The notes below the pieces were generated by a model that saw only the letters and a program-made list of their open reading frames with translations, was not told where the DNA came from and did not search any database. A DNA stretch of 64,000 nucleotides from Candidatus Latescibacterota bacterium (GTDB lineage Bacteria; Latescibacterota; UBA2968; GCA-2709665). Where the stretch lies: NCBI GenBank assembly GCA_965219995.1, contig CBDCOX010000002.1, forward strand, positions 3,968,001 to 4,032,000, read 5' to 3'. This document shows, piece by piece, positions 10,213 to 21,417 of the stretch; the first letter of the stretch is position 1, and the number at the start of each line of letters is the position of its first letter. The position numbers and the translations under genes are program-made.

Positions 10213-11193
10213 ATGAGCGAACTTCGCGCGGGACTGATCGGATGCGGCGCGATTGGCGGCGTGCATAGCGAGGCTGTCGTCGGCCTCGAGGGCATCCGCA
10301 TGGCGGCGTTTTGCGACGTGGTTGAAGAGAAGGCGCGTACCCTTTGTGCGCGCTATGGCGGGGATTACGCCACCGGCGATGCCGGCCGCGTCCTGTCGGA
10401 CGACTCGCTGGATACCGTCTACATCTGTACCCACCACGACACCCATGCCGACTACTGTATCCGGGCGGCGGAAGCAGGAAAGAACGTACTGGTGGAGAAG
10501 CCGCTCGCGCTGACGGTTGAGGACTGCCGGAGGATCGGCGATGCGGTCGAGCGGGAGGGGATCAGGCTTTTTACGGCCTTCAAGATGCGGTACTATCCGA
10601 TGGTACAGAAGGCCCGGGAACTGATCCCGGAGCCGTTGATGGTGGTGATGCAGATGATGGACAACCGATGGGGGAAAACCTGGGCGAACGATCCGGTCCT
10701 GGGGGGCGGTAACGTATACAGCCAGGGATGTCATTCGTGCGACCTCCTCAGGTACGTGGCCGGTTCGGACCCGGAGGAGGTGTACGCGGCGGGCGGGAAC
10801 TACTACCAGCCCAACGGCCGGCTGGACAATCTGACCGCCACGTTCAGGTTCGAGAGTGGCTCAGCCGGATGCTGGATCCAGGGAGATGCCAACCAACCGG
10901 TGCTCACGAGCAAGTTATTCATGGAGATTTTTTCGGAAAACCGCTCTGTGCTGCTCACGGACCGTTTCTGCACGCTCACGTATACGGAGACCGGCAAGGA
11001 ACCGGTGGTCTATCGCGGCGAAGAGGGTGGGTTCGTGGAGGAGAACCGGCTGTTCGTCGAAGCGTTGCAGACGGGGGCGCCCATGGCCGCGGACCACGTG
11101 GACGGGCTGATGGCCACGCTGATGATGATCCAGGCCGGACGCAGCGTGGAGAGCAGACGGCCCGAGCCCGTCGCGTCGCTTGCCAGGGTCTGA
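10213..11193 (+). CDS. Gfo/Idh/MocA family oxidoreductase
   Basis: 'GLIGCGAIG' Rossmann motif, 'VLVEKP'. Confidence 0.9.
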   Translation: MSELRAGLIGCGAIGGVHSEAVVGLEGIRMAAFCDVVEEKARTLCARYGGDYATGDAGRVLSDDSLDTVYICTHHDTHADYCIRAAEAGKNVLVEKPLALTVEDCRRIGDAVEREGIRLFTAFKMRYYPMVQKARELIPEPLMVVMQMMDNRWGKTWANDPVLGGGNVYSQGCHSCDLLRYVAGSDPEEVYAAGGNYYQPNGRLDNLTATFRFESGSAGCWIQGDANQPVLTSKLFMEIFSENRSVLLTDRFCTLTYTETGKEPVVYRGEEGGFVEENRLFVEALQTGAPMAADHVDGLMATLMMIQAGRSVESRRPEPVASLARV

Positions 11194-11254
11194 TGCGGCC
11201 GCGCGGTACGCGGTTTTCTCGCCATTATCACTGGAAACATAGAGAGGGAACGCC

Positions 11255-13597
11255 ATGAAGGAACACAGACATCCGCACCCGCACAAGGATCCGCGCCAGC
11301 CCGGGGACGGCGCCAGGCCCGGGACGAACCCTCCGGTCTTTGCGTGGCTGCCAATAGAGGACGCGGACGGGTATCGGCTCGAGGTGGCGCGGGATTCTTC
11401 GTTTGAGAACACCTGTCTGGACATAGGCGGACTACAGGAGTCTCTTTACCTTCCCGAGAAGGCTCTGGATCCCGGGATGTATTTCTGGAGGTGGTCCCTG
11501 GATTCCGGCGCAACGTCCGAGGTCTTCGCGTTTGAGATCGAGCCGGAGGCCGTCGTGGTGGAGGTGCCTCCGGCAGCCGAATGGCTGAAAGGATTCCCGG
11601 CGGAACACCCGCGAATCTATGTGCGACCCGAGGAATTGCCCGCGCTCCGCTCTTCGGCCGCCGGCGAGCAGGCTCAGGCGTGGGCGCGTCTGCGAGAGAG
11701 CGCTGAGGCCGTGTTGGCCGAACCGCATGAAATCGAGGAGCCGCCTTTTCTCCCGAACAGGAGCGAGAACTATCAGAAATACCACGAGACATGGGCGCCG
11801 ATCATGTGGAATTCCAGGCGTTTCGTGAAGGGCGCCGAGACCCTGGGGCTGGCCTATCTCGTCAGTGGCGAGGATGTCTTCGCCCGCGCCGCGTGCAGGA
11901 GGATGGCGTCCATATCCCGCTGGGACCCGGAGGGGTCCAGCCATCTCCCCCACAATGACGAAGCCCACATGTCGGTGATCTGGAACGGCTCGAACGCGTG
12001 CGACTGGGTGTGGGACCGGTTTACGGAGCAGGAACGCGAGGCCGTTGTGACGCAGTTCCGGCGGCGCGGGCAGATTACGTTCGACCATATGCACAACAGG
12101 GGGTCCTACGGGGTGACGCGTTTCGACTCGCACGCGGGACGCGAGATCGTGTTTCTGGCGCACATCGCACTCGTGTTTCACGAGCACATTCCCGAGGCGC
12201 AGACGTGGCTGGAGTGGCTCAGGCCGGTGCTGTGCGGCATCTGGCCGATCTGGTCGGGCGACGACGGTGCGTGGGCGGAAGGCCCTTCCTACGGCTTGGC
12301 TTATGTGACGATCATGTCCATGTTCGCCACCGCGCTGAAACGGGGTATCGGCGTGGACCTGTACCGGAGACCCTTCTGGAAGAACCACGCCCGGTGGCGC
12401 CAGTATTGTCTGCCGCCCTACGCGGAATGGATGGGATTCGGCGACCATACGGAACGGTGGGCCGGCACCTGGCGGTCGAACGCGGATCTGGTGGACCTGA
12501 TCGGACACGAGACGGACACGTGCGAGTTCACGGAATACGTGAAGGCGTTCCGGGCGGAGGCTGAGGAGATGCAGACGCCGGCGGAACGGCGAAGCTCCGG
12601 CGTCCTGTCACAACTCTATCTTGCAGGGCCCGAACAGACGCGGCCGCCTTCGGACACGGACGGAACGAACCTGCGCGTGTTCCCGGCCGCGGGCTGGGCC
12701 GCGGTCCGGACGCATCTGAACGATCCCGCGCGGGATATCGCGATGATCTTCCGGTCATCCCCGCTGGGCGCAATCAGCCATTCCCACGCGAACAACAACG
12801 ACTTCATTCTGCACGCGGGCGGCAAAGTGATGGCGATGCCCAGCGGTTATTACATCGGGTACGGATCGGACCATCACACGCACTGGGTGTGGCACACCAA
12901 ATCTCACAACTGCGTGACCCTTTCGGACGCGTCGCAGATTATGCGGTCCCACGATTCACTGGGAAGCATCGGGAACGCCTTCGAGGACGAACGGCTCGTC
13001 TACTTTGCGGGCATCGCGGACGCCAGTTACAGCGACCGTGCAAGTCGCTGCCGGCGGCACGTGTTTTTTCTGAAGAAGCAGAGCTGTTTCGTGATGGTCG
13101 ACGAGTTCGTCGCGGTACCGGGCATCGATTCGGCGCTCCAGTGGAATATCCACTCATGGAACGGTTTTTCGGTGGATGAGGAGGCAAGGACCTTCCTGCT
13201 GGAGCGCGAAGGGAGTTCCCTCGAAGGGCACTTCATGTACCACAACAACGCGTTCTTCTCTCTGAGCGAGGGATGGGACCCGCCGCCGATGCGGACCGGG
13301 AAGGATGAATCGCAGTGGGGCCAGCAGTACCACCTGCGCTTCACGCCCTCCGGTCTGGTAGGCCGCAGGAACCTGGGGGTTGTGTTGTGCCCCGGCCACG
13401 GATCGCTTGACAGGGCGGAAGTACAGACCTGGCGATCGGGTGAAACCGAGGCGGCACGGATCGGAGACGACCTTGTGCTGGTGGGCGGTGGGGACGGCGT
13501 GTCTTACGGCGAGCATCGCTCGGCCGGGCTGGCGTTGCTGGTCGTCCGGGGCCACACGTATGAACTTGGCGATGGCGGCGTGGTGGCAGGACGGTAA
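11255..13597 (+). CDS. DUF4962 plus heparinase II/III-like polysaccharide lyase
   Basis: 'NPPVFAW', 'HPRIYV', 'WAEGPSYG', 'SHSHANNNDF', 'KSHNCVT'; no signal peptide. Confidence 0.8.
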   Translation: MKEHRHPHPHKDPRQPGDGARPGTNPPVFAWLPIEDADGYRLEVARDSSFENTCLDIGGLQESLYLPEKALDPGMYFWRWSLDSGATSEVFAFEIEPEAVVVEVPPAAEWLKGFPAEHPRIYVRPEELPALRSSAAGEQAQAWARLRESAEAVLAEPHEIEEPPFLPNRSENYQKYHETWAPIMWNSRRFVKGAETLGLAYLVSGEDVFARAACRRMASISRWDPEGSSHLPHNDEAHMSVIWNGSNACDWVWDRFTEQEREAVVTQFRRRGQITFDHMHNRGSYGVTRFDSHAGREIVFLAHIALVFHEHIPEAQTWLEWLRPVLCGIWPIWSGDDGAWAEGPSYGLAYVTIMSMFATALKRGIGVDLYRRPFWKNHARWRQYCLPPYAEWMGFGDHTERWAGTWRSNADLVDLIGHETDTCEFTEYVKAFRAEAEEMQTPAERRSSGVLSQLYLAGPEQTRPPSDTDGTNLRVFPAAGWAAVRTHLNDPARDIAMIFRSSPLGAISHSHANNNDFILHAGGKVMAMPSGYYIGYGSDHHTHWVWHTKSHNCVTLSDASQIMRSHDSLGSIGNAFEDERLVYFAGIADASYSDRASRCRRHVFFLKKQSCFVMVDEFVAVPGIDSALQWNIHSWNGFSVDEEARTFLLEREGSSLEGHFMYHNNAFFSLSEGWDPPPMRTGKDESQWGQQYHLRFTPSGLVGRRNLGVVLCPGHGSLDRAEVQTWRSGETEAARIGDDLVLVGGGDGVSYGEHRSAGLALLVVRGHTYELGDGGVVAGR

Positions 13598-13677
13598 ATG
13601 CAGGCCATCGTCAGGCGAACCTTGACAGAAATCCGATAAACATACCCGCATGAGGGTGCTGTAGCGAGGAGAGTCCC

Positions 13678-16600
13678 GTGAAGAACGGACCGGTGGGCCT
13701 GAAGGTGGAAGCGCTGAAAGCCATGTGTCTCGATACGGCGCTGGTGGTCGACGGCGAGCCGCAGGCGACCATTGTCATCGGCGGGGATGGTGCGCACGCG
13801 CGGCATGCAGATAGAATCGTCGAGCGGGTGAAGTCGGCGACGGGCGCGCGCCTGGACGTGGTCACGGCGGTAGACGCGGATGCCGGAATGCTGCGGAAGG
13901 GGCACGTGGTGGTGCTGGGAAATATGGCTGACAACGCCTTTATCCGGTGGCTGTATTACCAGTGGTGGGCCGTCGAGGACCGCTGTTATCCCGGTATGGG
14001 CGGGTACGCGCTGCGGACGCTGCACAACCCTCTGGGGAATGGCAGCAACGTGGTGCTGCTGGGGGCCAGCGACGAAACCGGGCTGGAGCGAGTGGTGTCG
14101 CGTTTTGCGACGCTTGTGCCCGATGAGAAGACGTTCGTCCTGGCGCGGTTGATGGAAATCCGGCTCGGTCCTGAATTCGACGCATTCGGCCGTCCGCCGG
14201 AGGGATGGCTGCAGGAGCGGCGGGAGGACTTCACCGCGCGCGCAACCGCCCCGCACGCATCCGAGTCGGGCGCGGGCTTCCAGTTTATTTCGGAGGCGGG
14301 CGCGTACGGGCTGATGTATCATCGGACCGGATACGAGGCGTATGCGGCCGCCGTTCGGGAAATCGCGGAAGCGCATTTGAAGATGGGCGAGTTCGGGGTG
14401 ATGGCGCACTTTCACGTCTGGTGGCTGGCCGCGGTGTGGGACCTGATCGAGGAGAGCCCCGTGTTCTCGGACGAGGACCGGCTGAGGATCACGCAATACC
14501 TGCTGTGGATCATGGATTCCACCGAGGGGGCGTATACCCGGTTCTTCCGTGAGGGCGTGGGGCACCGGATGGTCCGGCAGAACCACCAGACGCTGGTGGC
14601 GCTGGCGGCGTGGTTCGGCGGGCGGTATTTCTCGACGCACTACGGCTTCGAGGAGGCGGAGGAGTGGATGGCCGCGTCCGCGGACGTGTTCAAGGGGCAG
14701 GCGGTGTCGTTCAAACCGATCGAGGATGCCAACGCCTATCAGTGGATGACGCTGGACCACATCCTGACCTATACGCTGGCGAGCGGGGATACCACATATA
14801 TTGACAACGGAAACTGCAGGCGGTCTCAGGACCAGGCGGTGCATTACTGCAACAACCGGGGCGCCCTTCCGGCGTTTGGAGATACCGGGGCTCCGATGGA
14901 AGGTTACCCGACGAATTTCCTGGTAAAGGCGGGGCATGTATTGCAGGACGGCCGCGCGGCGTTCCTGCTGGGCAAACGGTTCGGCAGACCGTCGGACTAT
15001 TTTCGGCCGCAGCCGCCGGGTGAGCGTTACGAGTCCGTAAGCGATCCATTGCTGGTAAGGAGCTTTGAAAAGTATTTCTGCGACGGGCTGGCGCCGGAGA
15101 TCCCCGTGGAGATGGCCGGGGTACAGGTGCTGGAGGTCGCGGGCGGGTTCTACGATCTCGCGGAAGACCCGAAGGCGAGGCCGCGCGAAGTGAAGCCGCT
15201 GAATCTGCGAAGGGAAGAGGCGTTCGACACCATCTGTTTCCGGGAGGGGTTCGACCGGGAGGACCAGTACCTGATGCTGCACGGGATCTTCTACGGCAAC
15301 CACAGCCACGAAGACGGGAATACCATCGCGGAGTTTTCGGCCAACGACCGGATCTTCCTGGTGGATGCATCTTATACCGAAGGGCCGACGCTCAAGCACC
15401 ACAATGGCGTGACGGCGGTGCGTAATGGCGAGGCGTGGGACGTGCCCGCGCTCTGCCGGCTGGAGGGCGCGGCGGATCTGGACCGTGTGGGCATGAGCCG
15501 GACGTCCGTGGAAGGAGATTGGGGCGCAACGTGGGTCCGGAACGTGGTGTGGCGCAGGGGGCGCTGTTTTCTGGTGCTGGACGAGGTAGAAGCGACACAG
15601 GCCGGCGCGTTCGCGCTTCAGTGCCACTGGCGCACATTGGGGACGCCGGTTTTAAAGGATGGAACGCTGGAGGCGGCGCAGCGAGACCCGGAAAGCGGGC
15701 GGGAAGACCGGTTTGTGCTGCAGAGCGCGGGCGAAGGCCGGATGTCGCTGGAGCGTGACTGGGAGAATTTCGGCCACTGGTGGGATTCGTACCCCTATGC
15801 CGACAATTACGTGAATGTTCTGCGCGAGTCGGCCAACCGGGAGATGGCGGTGGGAGACCGGCACACGTTTCTCAATCTGTTCTATGCCACCAACCCGGAG
15901 AAACCCGTGGACGACCGGATGCGCCGCGTGGGCGAATCGGCCGTTGTGGTCGACGGGTCGGACGGCCGGATCGTGGCGGGGACCGGGGGCGGAGACGGTG
16001 CGTTCGAGGTCGGGCCTCTTTCCGGCCGCGCGGAAATCTTCGCGGCCGGCGACGGGTGGTTTGCGCTGTGCAACGGGACATCGCTGGGTTCGGAAGATGC
16101 GACGTTTGAAAGCGAACACCCCGTTTCGATCGAGTTCGACCTGGATGCGGGAGAGGGCGTGGTTGTGGCGTCCGAACCTGCCGAGATCTCCCTGTGTGGA
16201 GAGCGGATCCGCGTTGCGGCCGGGAGGCAGCGGGTGGAGGCGCGCAAGCCCGGGGCGGTTGTCCTGTCGCTGGGCGGGGTCGCAGACCTGCCCGTTCACG
16301 AGGCGGGCATTCCGGGACGTGCACGTACGGCGTCCGCTCCGGGATTGCGCGTGGTCTGGACGAACGACGCGGGTTCCGGCGTGCGCTGCGCCTCAGCGGG
16401 CGCGGACGGGGTGGTCCTGGGAACAGAAGACGGACGGGTCCTGGCGCTGGACGAGAACGGGAAGCCGGCCTGGTTCTTCCAGGCGGATGGGCCCGTGCTT
16501 TCGGTGTGTCCCGTGGATCTGGACGGGCGGCGCTGCGTGATTGCGGGCGCCGACGACCGTCGTCTCTATCTGCTCGAGGAAGGCGGGGACGCGCGGTGGT

Positions 16601-17415
16601 CGCGCGAATTTGAGATCTACAGGGGAACATGGGACCGATACGCCCGGAATTCCGCGGTGGAGTTCGTAACGGCGGCGGACCTGCGCGGCGACGGCCGGAC
16701 GGATATCCTTGCGGCCGTCGCGGACCGGCAACTCCACTGCTTTGACGCCGACGGCGACGAACGCTGGAGTTTTATGATCTACGGGATATTCGCGCCGCTT
16801 CGCGTGGCGGATATCAACGGAGACGGCCGGCGGGAGGTGATTGGCGGCCCGGGCCGGATCACCTGCGGGGGGACCTGTTACGTGCTGGACGCGGACGGCC
16901 GCGAGGTCGCCGGCAACGGGCTGGACGGGTGGGCGTCAATGATGCCCGCGTGCGACGTTTGGGTGCGGGAGGAAGACCACCTTATCGTTTGCGGGACGAA
17001 CCGGTCGCACGTCTTCGGGTTGAAACTGGAGGGCAATCGACTGGCGACGCTGTGGAAGCAGCGGGTAGGCGAGGAAGTCAACGCGGTGTGCGCGGTTGAC
17101 GTGGATGGGGACGACAGGCCGGAGGTCGTGGTCGGGTCGGACTGCTTTTATCTTTACTTGCTGGATGAGCACGGTACGGAGCGCTGGAGGCGAAACCTGG
17201 GCGCTCCCGTGCAACAGGTGATGGTTGCCGACCTGAACGGAAGCGCCAATATCGTGGCGGGGTGTGCGGATGGGGCTGTTTGGGTCCTGGACGGGGAGGG
17301 CGCGACGGTTGCGAGCCATTCAGCGAATGGCGTGATTCACGTGCTGGCCGCTGACGACCGGGGGCATCTGATGCTCGGCGGGGCGGATGGGACGCTTACG
17401 GTGATGGGGACGTGA
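13678..17415 (+). CDS. Uncharacterised ~1245-aa protein: lyase/heparinase-like core plus C-terminal PQQ/FG-GAP beta-propeller (paralog 1)
   Basis: Long ORF; 'HSHEDGN...HHNGV' heparinase-like motifs; C-terminal D-x-D/N-G-D-G repeats with Trp-spaced blades. Confidence 0.7.
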   Translation: MKNGPVGLKVEALKAMCLDTALVVDGEPQATIVIGGDGAHARHADRIVERVKSATGARLDVVTAVDADAGMLRKGHVVVLGNMADNAFIRWLYYQWWAVEDRCYPGMGGYALRTLHNPLGNGSNVVLLGASDETGLERVVSRFATLVPDEKTFVLARLMEIRLGPEFDAFGRPPEGWLQERREDFTARATAPHASESGAGFQFISEAGAYGLMYHRTGYEAYAAAVREIAEAHLKMGEFGVMAHFHVWWLAAVWDLIEESPVFSDEDRLRITQYLLWIMDSTEGAYTRFFREGVGHRMVRQNHQTLVALAAWFGGRYFSTHYGFEEAEEWMAASADVFKGQAVSFKPIEDANAYQWMTLDHILTYTLASGDTTYIDNGNCRRSQDQAVHYCNNRGALPAFGDTGAPMEGYPTNFLVKAGHVLQDGRAAFLLGKRFGRPSDYFRPQPPGERYESVSDPLLVRSFEKYFCDGLAPEIPVEMAGVQVLEVAGGFYDLAEDPKARPREVKPLNLRREEAFDTICFREGFDREDQYLMLHGIFYGNHSHEDGNTIAEFSANDRIFLVDASYTEGPTLKHHNGVTAVRNGEAWDVPALCRLEGAADLDRVGMSRTSVEGDWGATWVRNVVWRRGRCFLVLDEVEATQAGAFALQCHWRTLGTPVLKDGTLEAAQRDPESGREDRFVLQSAGEGRMSLERDWENFGHWWDSYPYADNYVNVLRESANREMAVGDRHTFLNLFYATNPEKPVDDRMRRVGESAVVVDGSDGRIVAGTGGGDGAFEVGPLSGRAEIFAAGDGWFALCNGTSLGSEDATFESEHPVSIEFDLDAGEGVVVASEPAEISLCGERIRVAAGRQRVEARKPGAVVLSLGGVADLPVHEAGIPGRARTASAPGLRVVWTNDAGSGVRCASAGADGVVLGTEDGRVLALDENGKPAWFFQADGPVLSVCPVDLDGRRCVIAGADDRRLYLLEEGGDARWSREFEIYRGTWDRYARNSAVEFVTAADLRGDGRTDILAAVADRQLHCFDADGDERWSFMIYGIFAPLRVADINGDGRREVIGGPGRITCGGTCYVLDADGREVAGNGLDGWASMMPACDVWVREEDHLIVCGTNRSHVFGLKLEGNRLATLWKQRVGEEVNAVCAVDVDGDDRPEVVVGSDCFYLYLLDEHGTERWRRNLGAPVQQVMVADLNGSANIVAGCADGAVWVLDGEGATVASHSANGVIHVLAADDRGHLMLGGADGTLTVMGT

Positions 17416-17518
17416 GGAAGATTCGATTATCGCGTTCTCCACGAAGTTATCGCGGTCAGTGGCAGGAAACAGGACACAGTTGGCTTCGGGGTCGGAGCAC
17501 GGCGAGGGAGCCGAAGTG

Positions 17519-20257
17519 ATGCGGCGATATTTCTGTCTTGTCCTCTTCTTTGCCTTCTGGATGGAAAGCTCCGCCACTGCCCTTCCGGACGATCCGTCGA
17601 AGAGCGAAGTGATTCGGGAGGACGTGCTTTTTTCGGCATCCGGCGAAGCGCTTGGACAGGTTGCTTCCGGGAGGTTCGATCTCCTTCGGCGTGAGGATGG
17701 AACGGTAGTCCGTACGCTCGGGTCGGATTTCGCATTGAGGCTGGACCCGGACCTGATGCCGGGCATCTACCGGCTGAGCGTCCGCTGTCTGGCCCCGTCG
17801 ACGTCAACCGATTCGTTCTGGCTGGAGATAAACGGTGAGCGGCAGCCGCAAGCGATCGTGTTGCCCAAGGGCGCTTACGGAGAGGTGCACAGGGGCTTTC
17901 GACTGGACGTGCCGGGACGAACGGACATACGCCTCGTGCTGCGGGAACGGCCCGGCGTGAGTGTGGCGCGCCTGAAGCTGACGCATCTCACGGTGCAGTA
18001 CGATGCCGCGTTGGTCATCCGTCCCGATTTGGCGGGGGCGCGCCCGCGACTCTTCCTGACGCGGTGGGACGTCCAGCGGTTGCGCGACGCACAGCGCAGC
18101 GCGGCCGGCCAGCGGCTCTACCGCCGGCAGGGTATGATGAGAGGTACGCCGCCTCCCCGAACGGGGCCGCCAAAGCGCGCGGGGTGGGCATGGCGCATGG
18201 AGAATCAGGCGATCCCGTGTCTGCTCGCCAACTCCTCCGATGCGAACGAGCGTTTCGAGGCCATTCGGCGTCACATTCTCACGATCTGTACGTACGACAA
18301 ATGGCTTCCGGACGGCTGGTCGCACAGCACGCCGGACCTGGACCTGGACGCGGCCTATATGATCCATGGGACCGCGATCGCCTACGACTGGCTCTACAAC
18401 TGGTTCACGGAGGAGGAACGGCGGATCATCCGCGAAAAACTGACGTACCAGGCGCGGCTCATGTTCGAGGCGTCCTTTCTGGAGCGGATGTATTGGGCGC
18501 GTACGGTGCAACAGAACCATTACTGGTTCGACAACTACGCCATCGGCGTGGCCGGCGCCGCGCTTTACGGAGAGGTCCCGGAGGCCGAGGTGTGGATGGC
18601 CTGGAGCTGGGACCGACTGCAAGGTACGCTGAAGACCTTCGGAGAAGACGGGGGGTTCCACGAAGGCCCTGCCTACTGGAACTTCTCCATGGGGTCTCTC
18701 TTTCGATGGATCGATCTCTATGAGCACACAACGGGACAGACCATTGCATACTCCGACACGTGGCTGAGGAAGACCGGCTATTTCCCGATCCACTACGTCT
18801 ACCCCGACCTGCGTTCCGGCGCGGCGATTGAAGATACGTTTCGGCCCGGCGTCGTCCCCTCGCTGGAGACGCTGCTGTGGTTGGCCGCGAGGAACCGTGA
18901 CCCGCGATTGTTCAGGGTTGCCGAACTGATTCACGCGGGGAAGCACAGCACGCACTGGTGGACGCTGAAAGCGCTGGCCGCGGACATTGGCGCGGCGGCG
19001 GGTACGCTGGACGAACTGATGCCGGCGCTTGCCTACTACCCTGACGTGGAGATGTACTTTGCACGGACGTCGTGGCGGACGGATGCCACGATGTTCGCGC
19101 TCGAGGCGAGGCCCCTGGGAGGGCATACGCTGGCTCGACTGAACGAGGCGTATCCGTGGATACGCGGCGTGGGACACAACCATCCCGCACAGAACAGCTT
19201 CGTGCTGTACGGCAGCGGGAAGGAACTGCTGATCGATCCGGGCTATACGCTGAAGAAGGAAACGGCGAACCACAACACGGTGCTGGTGGACGGGCGGGGG
19301 CAGTACGGCGACGGCGAGCGGTGGCCGCGCTGGTATCCGGGATGGTCCCATATCGGGTACGCCTCCACGAAGTTTCCCTATGTGCGTGGGGAGGCCGCAT
19401 CGGCGTACCCACCCGAGTTGGGTCTGAAGCGTTTCACGCGACAGATGCTGATGCCGGACGGCAAGCGTATTTTGATTGCAGACCATCTGGAGGCCGATCG
19501 ACCCCGGCGTTTCACATGGCTGCTGCATTTCGACGAAGACGCGGAGGTGGTGCAGGCAGGCGAGGGGCGGTTCGCGGCGTCTTACGAAGGCGCCTCGCTG
19601 CAGATCGATATGCTGACTCCTGGCGGAATGGCATCGCAAATCGACCGCTACGAGCCAACCTGGAACAATATTGCACGGCCCGACTATCACCCAAGGGTCG
19701 GACGGCTCCAGCTGACGACGGCTGCTCTTGACGCCACGCCCGTTGTGGCCGTCCTGGACCTGAATCCCGGAGGCGCGCGTCCCGTACTCGAAATCGGGCC
19801 CCGCGTCCTGCTGGTCACGTTTCCCGACAGCACCCGCGTGGGATTCAATCGAACGGCCGAAGTGGTCGCGGTGGATGGACTCGAAACGGACGGGCGCGCA
19901 GTAGTCATTACTCCTGAGGGAAACGGGGGACGCAGGGCCAGGGTGCTGGACGTGCTCCGGTACCGCGATGGCTCAGGTCTCTTAAACGACATTCCGGAGC
20001 GCGAGGGCGAATTCGTCCTGGCGAACGGCGTTTGGCTGCCAACCTTCCCGGTGGCTCCCGTAGTGGTCACGGCGGACTTCGACGGGAACGGTAGGGTGGG
20101 CTTCAGCGATTTCCTTGCGTTCGCACAGGCGTTCGGGTCCCGTGACGGAAGAACGGGCTGGGACGCCAGGTTCGACCTGAACGGCGACGGCGAGGTGGGA
20201 TTCGGAGATTTTCTCTTGTTCGCAATTCAATTCGGCAGGCGTGATTCCGGGAATTGA
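17519..20257 (+). CDS. Secreted DUF4962/heparinase II/III-like lyase with C-terminal dockerin-like EF-hand pair
   Basis: Signal peptide; 'QNHYW', 'FHEGPAYW', 'GHNHPAQNSF', 'HNTVLVDG'; C-terminal 'DFDGNGRVGFSDF...FDLNGDGEVGFGDF'. Confidence 0.8.
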   Translation: MRRYFCLVLFFAFWMESSATALPDDPSKSEVIREDVLFSASGEALGQVASGRFDLLRREDGTVVRTLGSDFALRLDPDLMPGIYRLSVRCLAPSTSTDSFWLEINGERQPQAIVLPKGAYGEVHRGFRLDVPGRTDIRLVLRERPGVSVARLKLTHLTVQYDAALVIRPDLAGARPRLFLTRWDVQRLRDAQRSAAGQRLYRRQGMMRGTPPPRTGPPKRAGWAWRMENQAIPCLLANSSDANERFEAIRRHILTICTYDKWLPDGWSHSTPDLDLDAAYMIHGTAIAYDWLYNWFTEEERRIIREKLTYQARLMFEASFLERMYWARTVQQNHYWFDNYAIGVAGAALYGEVPEAEVWMAWSWDRLQGTLKTFGEDGGFHEGPAYWNFSMGSLFRWIDLYEHTTGQTIAYSDTWLRKTGYFPIHYVYPDLRSGAAIEDTFRPGVVPSLETLLWLAARNRDPRLFRVAELIHAGKHSTHWWTLKALAADIGAAAGTLDELMPALAYYPDVEMYFARTSWRTDATMFALEARPLGGHTLARLNEAYPWIRGVGHNHPAQNSFVLYGSGKELLIDPGYTLKKETANHNTVLVDGRGQYGDGERWPRWYPGWSHIGYASTKFPYVRGEAASAYPPELGLKRFTRQMLMPDGKRILIADHLEADRPRRFTWLLHFDEDAEVVQAGEGRFAASYEGASLQIDMLTPGGMASQIDRYEPTWNNIARPDYHPRVGRLQLTTAALDATPVVAVLDLNPGGARPVLEIGPRVLLVTFPDSTRVGFNRTAEVVAVDGLETDGRAVVITPEGNGGRRARVLDVLRYRDGSGLLNDIPEREGEFVLANGVWLPTFPVAPVVVTADFDGNGRVGFSDFLAFAQAFGSRDGRTGWDARFDLNGDGEVGFGDFLLFAIQFGRRDSGN

Positions 20258-20365
20258 CCGTGGAACCTGAAGTCCCGCGGTCTCTGCGAACCCGCGCTCG
20301 AATTCCGCCATTATTTCTGGAGGATGTGCTCCACGTTCTCTATAGTCTCCTGGAGGTGAAAACAC

Positions 20366-21400
20366 TTGACTGAACTCGTAATTTACGTCTGTGCCGTTAT
20401 CGTGGTCTCCGCGATGTGCTCTCTCTTCGAGGCCGTTCTCTACGCCGTTCCGGTCAGTTACGTCGAGAGTCTCGCGCAGAAGGGCGCGACATCCGGGCGG
20501 ATCCTGAAAGGCCTGCGCATGCGTAACGTCGATCGTCCGATCTCGGCCATCCTTTCGCTGAATACAATAGCGAATACCGGCGGCGCCTTTCTGGCCGGTG
20601 CGGCGTTCATCATGGTCTTCGGCGTGGAATGGGAGCTTTATTTTACTATTTTCATCACGTTATCGGTTCTGTTATTATCTGAAGTCATCCCAAAGACGGT
20701 GGGCGTGGTTTACAACCGGTCTCTGGCCGGTCTGGTTGCGATCCCGCTTCAATTTCTGGTCTGGGTTCTGTATCCCCTGGTGGTGATCTGCAGGCTGGTC
20801 ACCCGTGCGTTTTCAAGGGGCCGTACGGGCCAGGAAGTCTCGGAAGAAGAGATCGCAGTCATGGCGCGCATGGGCAGGCAGGCCGGCGCGATACAGCCCG
20901 TTGAAGCCCGTGTGATGCAGAATATCCTCACCCTCAAACGCAAGTCGGTGAGGGACGTGATGACCCCGCGTACGGTCGTATTCGCGTTGAGCGCGGATCT
21001 GACCGTGGAGCAGGCGCAGAAGGAAGCGGGTGTTTGGCCGTACAGCCGGGTTCCCGTCTATGAGAATGAATTTGAGGACGTGATCGGCGTTGTGATGCGC
21101 CGTGATGCGCTGAATGCTCTGGCAGAGGGCCAGGGCAAGCGGCCGATCTCGGAACTGATGCGTCCTGTCCACTTCGTCGCCGAGACGGTCTCGCTGGACC
21201 GCGTCCTGGAGATGTTCCTGGAACGGCGGCAGCACCTCTTTGCGGTCATCGACGAATATGGCGGGCTGGCCGGGATCCTGACGCTGGAAGACGTGCTGGA
21301 AGAAATCCTGGGCAGGGAGATCGTGGACGAGTCCGATACGGTTACGGATATGCGGGAACTGGCGCGCCGCCGCCGCCGGCAGGTCTCGGAAGGGGAGTAG
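20366..21400 (+). CDS. CNNM/DUF21 plus CBS-pair (hemolysin/CorC-like) membrane protein
   Basis: 'SAMCSLFEA', 'EVIPK', 'VRDVMTPR', 'YSRVPV', 'IDEYGGLAGILTLEDVLEEILG'; GGAGG RBS before TTG. Confidence 0.9.
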   Translation: MTELVIYVCAVIVVSAMCSLFEAVLYAVPVSYVESLAQKGATSGRILKGLRMRNVDRPISAILSLNTIANTGGAFLAGAAFIMVFGVEWELYFTIFITLSVLLLSEVIPKTVGVVYNRSLAGLVAIPLQFLVWVLYPLVVICRLVTRAFSRGRTGQEVSEEEIAVMARMGRQAGAIQPVEARVMQNILTLKRKSVRDVMTPRTVVFALSADLTVEQAQKEAGVWPYSRVPVYENEFEDVIGVVMRRDALNALAEGQGKRPISELMRPVHFVAETVSLDRVLEMFLERRQHLFAVIDEYGGLAGILTLEDVLEEILGREIVDESDTVTDMRELARRRRRQVSEGE

Positions 21401-21417
21401 GAGCAATTTCCCGGGAG

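Noticed and set aside
13622-13650. TTGACA upstream of 13678 as a sigma70 promoter
   Set aside because: No acceptable -10 hexamer at 16-18 bp spacing
13504-19690. Long minus-strand ORFs (e.g. 13504..15627, 17804..19690; similarly 25141..26847, 33923..35554, 36652..38427, 42030..43670)
   Set aside because: They are antisense shadows of well-supported + strand genes in high-GC DNA, with Arg/Pro-rich translations and no recognisable motifs
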